This document shows positions 60,924-64,000 of a stretch of 64,000 nt of DNA, in pieces. The position numbers and the translations under genes were made by a program. This DNA comes from Candidatus Latescibacterota bacterium (GTDB taxonomy: Bacteria > Latescibacterota > UBA2968 > GCA-2709665), in NCBI GenBank assembly GCA_965222075.1, contig OZ244937.1:4992001-5056000 (forward strand), given 5' to 3'. Within the stretch, counting starts at the first letter, position 1. Every line of letters begins with the position of its first letter. The notes beneath the pieces are model-generated. The model was not told the origin of the DNA. It did no database searches and saw nothing but the letters and a program-made list of their open reading frames with translations.

Positions 60924-61143
60924 TGGTTGCTCCATATATATTGAAGCTATGGTGTCTGATGGGTTTGCCTTCATTCGTAATGTAATGTTTGAACTGTTCC
61001 GGAACAAGCTTTTTATGCTAAGAGGAGGGTGATGTGGTAGCATCCAGGGCCGGGTCTTCAGGAGACCGGGAAGAAAATCAAAAACTGTTTGCATTACTCA
61101 CCAGGAATTTTAAAACAGCTTCTTAGAATCCATAAAAAACCGC

Positions 61144-61208
61144 TTGACAACGAAGAATTGGGATCTTATCTTTCTTCCAGGTTGATTAATCAGTTAATTA
61201 GTTAATCA
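61144..61208 (+). promoter_or_regulatory. Sigma70 promoter with a probable GntR operator just downstream
   Basis: TTGACA-17 bp-TATCTT, followed by the TGATTAATCA palindrome and 3x (A/G)TTAAT(C/T)A. Confidence 0.6.
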
Positions 61209-61279
61209 GAAATACGGCCGGTGGGTGCATTTGTACAGGCTGGTGTTCAGGATATAACATATTGATTCAGGAGGATTTA

Positions 61280-61951
61280 GTGGTAAGACAGCGTTTTGAC
61301 GGTCAGGCATCCCACGCGTACAAGACGCTACGGCACTGGATTTTGAGCGGCAACCTCGCTCCAGGTTCAAGGATCAACGTGCGAGAATCCATCGCCGAGT
61401 TGGGCACCAGCAACGGTCCAGTGCGCGATGCCCTCATCCAGCTCAGGAGTGAGCACCTGGTCCAGGGAGGGCACGGGCAGAACTGGACGGTGACCCGGGT
61501 AACACGTGAGATGATCGACGAGGGAATGATTGTGCGGGAAGGGCTGGAGGCACAGAGCGCGCGGTGCTGCGCGGTGTCGGCGACGCCGATGGGTATCCAA
61601 AGGCTGATGAAGCTTGCCGAGGAGCTCGACGACCGAGTTGAAGCGGGGCTGGACGCTGACGACTTGACGACTGAACTGGACGAACGCTTCCATCTCATGG
61701 TTGCAGAGACGGCCGGATGTGGCTGGCTCCGTGAAGAGATCAAACGCTGGACAGTTGTCATGACGTGGGCCGGACGGTTCATTGGCAACCTTAAAACGAA
61801 AGGTGAGAGTCACGTGGAGGTCGTCCGGGCGATCGCGACCGGGGACCCCGATGCAGCCGGCAGGCAGATGCGGCAGCACATCCTTCATCCGTGGCAGGAA
61901 ATGAAGTGGGAAGTGCACGAAACGGCCACACCGAAATCGGCTGTTGGTTGA
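61280..61951 (+). CDS. GntR/FCD family transcriptional regulator
   Basis: AY..LR..I..G.L.PG...S..PVRDAL wHTH, plus D..FH and H..V..AI..GD...A...M..H. Confidence 0.9.
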   Translation: MVRQRFDGQASHAYKTLRHWILSGNLAPGSRINVRESIAELGTSNGPVRDALIQLRSEHLVQGGHGQNWTVTRVTREMIDEGMIVREGLEAQSARCCAVSATPMGIQRLMKLAEELDDRVEAGLDADDLTTELDERFHLMVAETAGCGWLREEIKRWTVVMTWAGRFIGNLKTKGESHVEVVRAIATGDPDAAGRQMRQHILHPWQEMKWEVHETATPKSAVG

Positions 61952-62045
61952 GCGCACAGTTAAGCACATAAAATGGTCAGCCGGATCGTCTGGCTGCGGA
62001 TGTTTTATACGTAAGAAGCTGCTTGGAGCCGGAAGGAGGTAGGGT

Positions 62046-62762
62046 ATGCGAAAGGTCGTTTTGGGATGTCTGGCGATGGTGTTTCTGCTGAGTTCGACGG
62101 GGGTTGTCTACGGTCAAAGTGCGGGTGCAAGCTGGGGTGTGGGCGCATTTTTGGACTATAACCGGTCGCTGTTCAAGATGAAAGACTGGTTTGACGACGG
62201 TCAGGGCAAAGTGGGGGTGGTCTTCACCTACGTGGTGGGTCCCAAGGTGAGCGTGGAGGTGGAGTATAGCCGTTCCAGGTTCACCAACGGGAGCCTTCAG
62301 GAGCGCACGTTCACGTGGGGTGTAGACGGTAAGGACTACCTCTCGCCTGGTGCGGTGAGCCAGATGACGATGAACAATTTTTTGGTGAACGGGATCATCC
62401 GGAGGACTGGCGCGGAGGTTCTTCGTCAGGGGAGTTATGCGCCCTATTTGACGGTGGGTGCTGGGTTTTACGATTATTCGACGGATGTTCGGAATTTGAT
62501 TTATCCGGGTCAGAAGACGGCGCCTTTGGACCAGGCGTTGAAGCTGGATGCGTTCAGTGACACGCGCACGGCGCTTGGGGTGAACGCGGGTTTGGGGGTA
62601 GAGGGATTTGTGTTCGACAATATGGCTGTGGATCTTCGTCTTCGGTATAATGTGTTGTTGGGTGAGCTTCGTCCCATGGAGGCGTGGGGGATAGAGGGGC
62701 AGACGTTTCCGATGCAGTTTTGGAATGTTCGGGGAGGGTTGAGGTTTTATTTTGCGCGGTAG
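62046..62762 (+). CDS. Small outer-membrane beta-barrel protein, copy 2
   Basis: Mature sequence identical to 47622-48341; the signal peptide differs. Confidence 0.88.
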   Translation: MRKVVLGCLAMVFLLSSTGVVYGQSAGASWGVGAFLDYNRSLFKMKDWFDDGQGKVGVVFTYVVGPKVSVEVEYSRSRFTNGSLQERTFTWGVDGKDYLSPGAVSQMTMNNFLVNGIIRRTGAEVLRQGSYAPYLTVGAGFYDYSTDVRNLIYPGQKTAPLDQALKLDAFSDTRTALGVNAGLGVEGFVFDNMAVDLRLRYNVLLGELRPMEAWGIEGQTFPMQFWNVRGGLRFYFAR

Positions 62763-62931
62763 GTCGTCGTTCGTTGTAGGGGATTGGTATCTCGTAGAAG
62801 CACACCAGAAGAGACGAGCGACGATCTGAGCTGGGAGAAAGGAGGGCGGGAGTGGCGTAAAGACTTTCTGTTCAGAATTTCGTATTCCGGGGGGAATGAG
62901 ATTCTATTACCCGTAAAGTAAGGAGGAACAG

Positions 62932-64000
62932 ATGAACAAGTTGAAGATAGGTTTGGGAGCTGTGCTTGCGCTGTGCGCTGTTTTGGCGCTGGGCAGTGTA
63001 GCTACGGCAGGGACGACCGGGAAGGTGATGGGCAATGTGATGGACGAGAAGGGAGATCCGCTGCCGGGGGCCAGCGTGGTGCTTGAGGGCACCCAGCGGG
63101 GGGCGACGACGGATGCGGATGGGTTCTACGTGATCGTTTCGATGGACCCCGACGTGTATAAGGCCACGGCGTCGATGGTGGGCTACCATTCGTCGACCCA
63201 GGAGCAGGTGGTCGTGCGAGCGGATTTCACGACGACGTTGAATTTCCGTCTCCGGGAGCAGGCACTGGAGTTGGAGGAGATGGTGGTGGTGGCGGAGCGC
63301 CCGCCTGTGGAGCCGGACAAGACGGAGAGCCGGTATGTGGTGAGCTCCGAACAAATCCGGCGGACGCCTATCATACGGGACGTTCAACAGTTCGTGGAGC
63401 TGGAGGCCGGAGTCGCGGTGGACGGCACCCAGTTCCTCCGGGGTGCCCCGCCCGACGAAACCTCCTTTGTCGTGGATGGTCTCCGGATGCAGCAGTCGGA
63501 CAAGCGTATCTACAGTGGATTAGACTCGGGAAGCTACCTGAGCTGGAACGCCCCGGGCACAGCCTGGTGGATGGGCGTCAACACCGATGCAGTGCAGGAG
63601 ATCTCCGTTATCACCGGCGGAATGAACGCCGAATACGGAAATGCGATGTCCGGCGTGGTGCAGCTGGTCACCCGGGACGGGCAATCGGACTACCACGGCG
63701 AGGTGGAGTACCGGCTCACCCCTGCGGGCAAGAAGCACTGGGGAACGAACGTGTACGACGCGCCCGAGCACAAAGGCAACGCGAAATGGGACGACCCGGA
63801 GTGGGTTTCCGAGGTGGATCCCGAGACGGGAAGGCTGGTCCACCAGCGGCTGAGCTACACCGACTGGCGCAGCCATTACTACGACGGCTTTCTAAGCGGT
63901 CCGCTGCTTGGACAATCGTCCTTTTTCGTGAGCGCCCGGCACGTGGATCAGGCTGCACCCCTTCCAGGGCGCGCGAACCGCACGCCGACGAATATCCGGA
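62932..64000 (+). CDS. TonB-dependent receptor, paralog of 48432-51494 (partial, runs off the window)
   Basis: AGGAGG SD. Reads MNKLKIGLGAVLALCAVLALGSVATAGTTGKVMG...GGMNAEYGNAMSGVV...YHGEVEYRLTPAGKKHWG, open to the window end. Confidence 0.9.
   Translation, partial: MNKLKIGLGAVLALCAVLALGSVATAGTTGKVMGNVMDEKGDPLPGASVVLEGTQRGATTDADGFYVIVSMDPDVYKATASMVGYHSSTQEQVVVRADFTTTLNFRLREQALELEEMVVVAERPPVEPDKTESRYVVSSEQIRRTPIIRDVQQFVELEAGVAVDGTQFLRGAPPDETSFVVDGLRMQQSDKRIYSGLDSGSYLSWNAPGTAWWMGVNTDAVQEISVITGGMNAEYGNAMSGVVQLVTRDGQSDYHGEVEYRLTPAGKKHWGTNVYDAPEHKGNAKWDDPEWVSEVDPETGRLVHQRLSYTDWRSHYYDGFLSGPLLGQSSFFVSARHVDQAAPLPGRANRTPTNIR

Noticed and set aside
47664-62835. Diversity-generating retroelement TR/VR pair
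   Set aside because: The mismatches are few and not adenine-specific, both copies are full genes, and no reverse transcriptase is in the window.

Overview
A GC-rich bacterial chromosomal window. The gene repertoire (many Gfo/Idh/MocA, enolase-superfamily, PhyH and DegT enzymes, a GWxTD protein, and TonB-dependent receptor/PorV loci) suggests an FCB-group candidate phylum such as Latescibacterota or a relative; this is inference only. Recognisable core genes are mqnB, mqnD, mnmA, def, comM, pgl, exbB-exbD-exbD-tonB, guaB and uxaB. Two regions stand out. (1) 9.9-15.3 kb is an AT-rich restriction-modification hotspot between a PIG-L deacetylase and mnmA. It holds two intact type II-like R-M pairs (one BamHI-like), scraps of a probable type III Mod/Fic operon, and three duplicated segments that make it look like two tandem alleles of the same interval. 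(2) 47.3-64 kb has a SusD-less outer-membrane uptake cassette (small beta-barrel, TonB-dependent receptor, secreted protein with a T9SS-type C-terminal domain, PorV-like barrel). A second cassette begins at 62 kb with a nearly identical small barrel and a mosaic receptor. Also present are several eroded or frameshifted genes, a histone H1-like tandem-repeat gene, two promoter-bearing structured RNA candidates, and several dispersed palindromic repeat families. I found no tRNA, rRNA, CRISPR array, integrase or transposase. All calls come from reading the sequence and recalling motifs; no searches were run.
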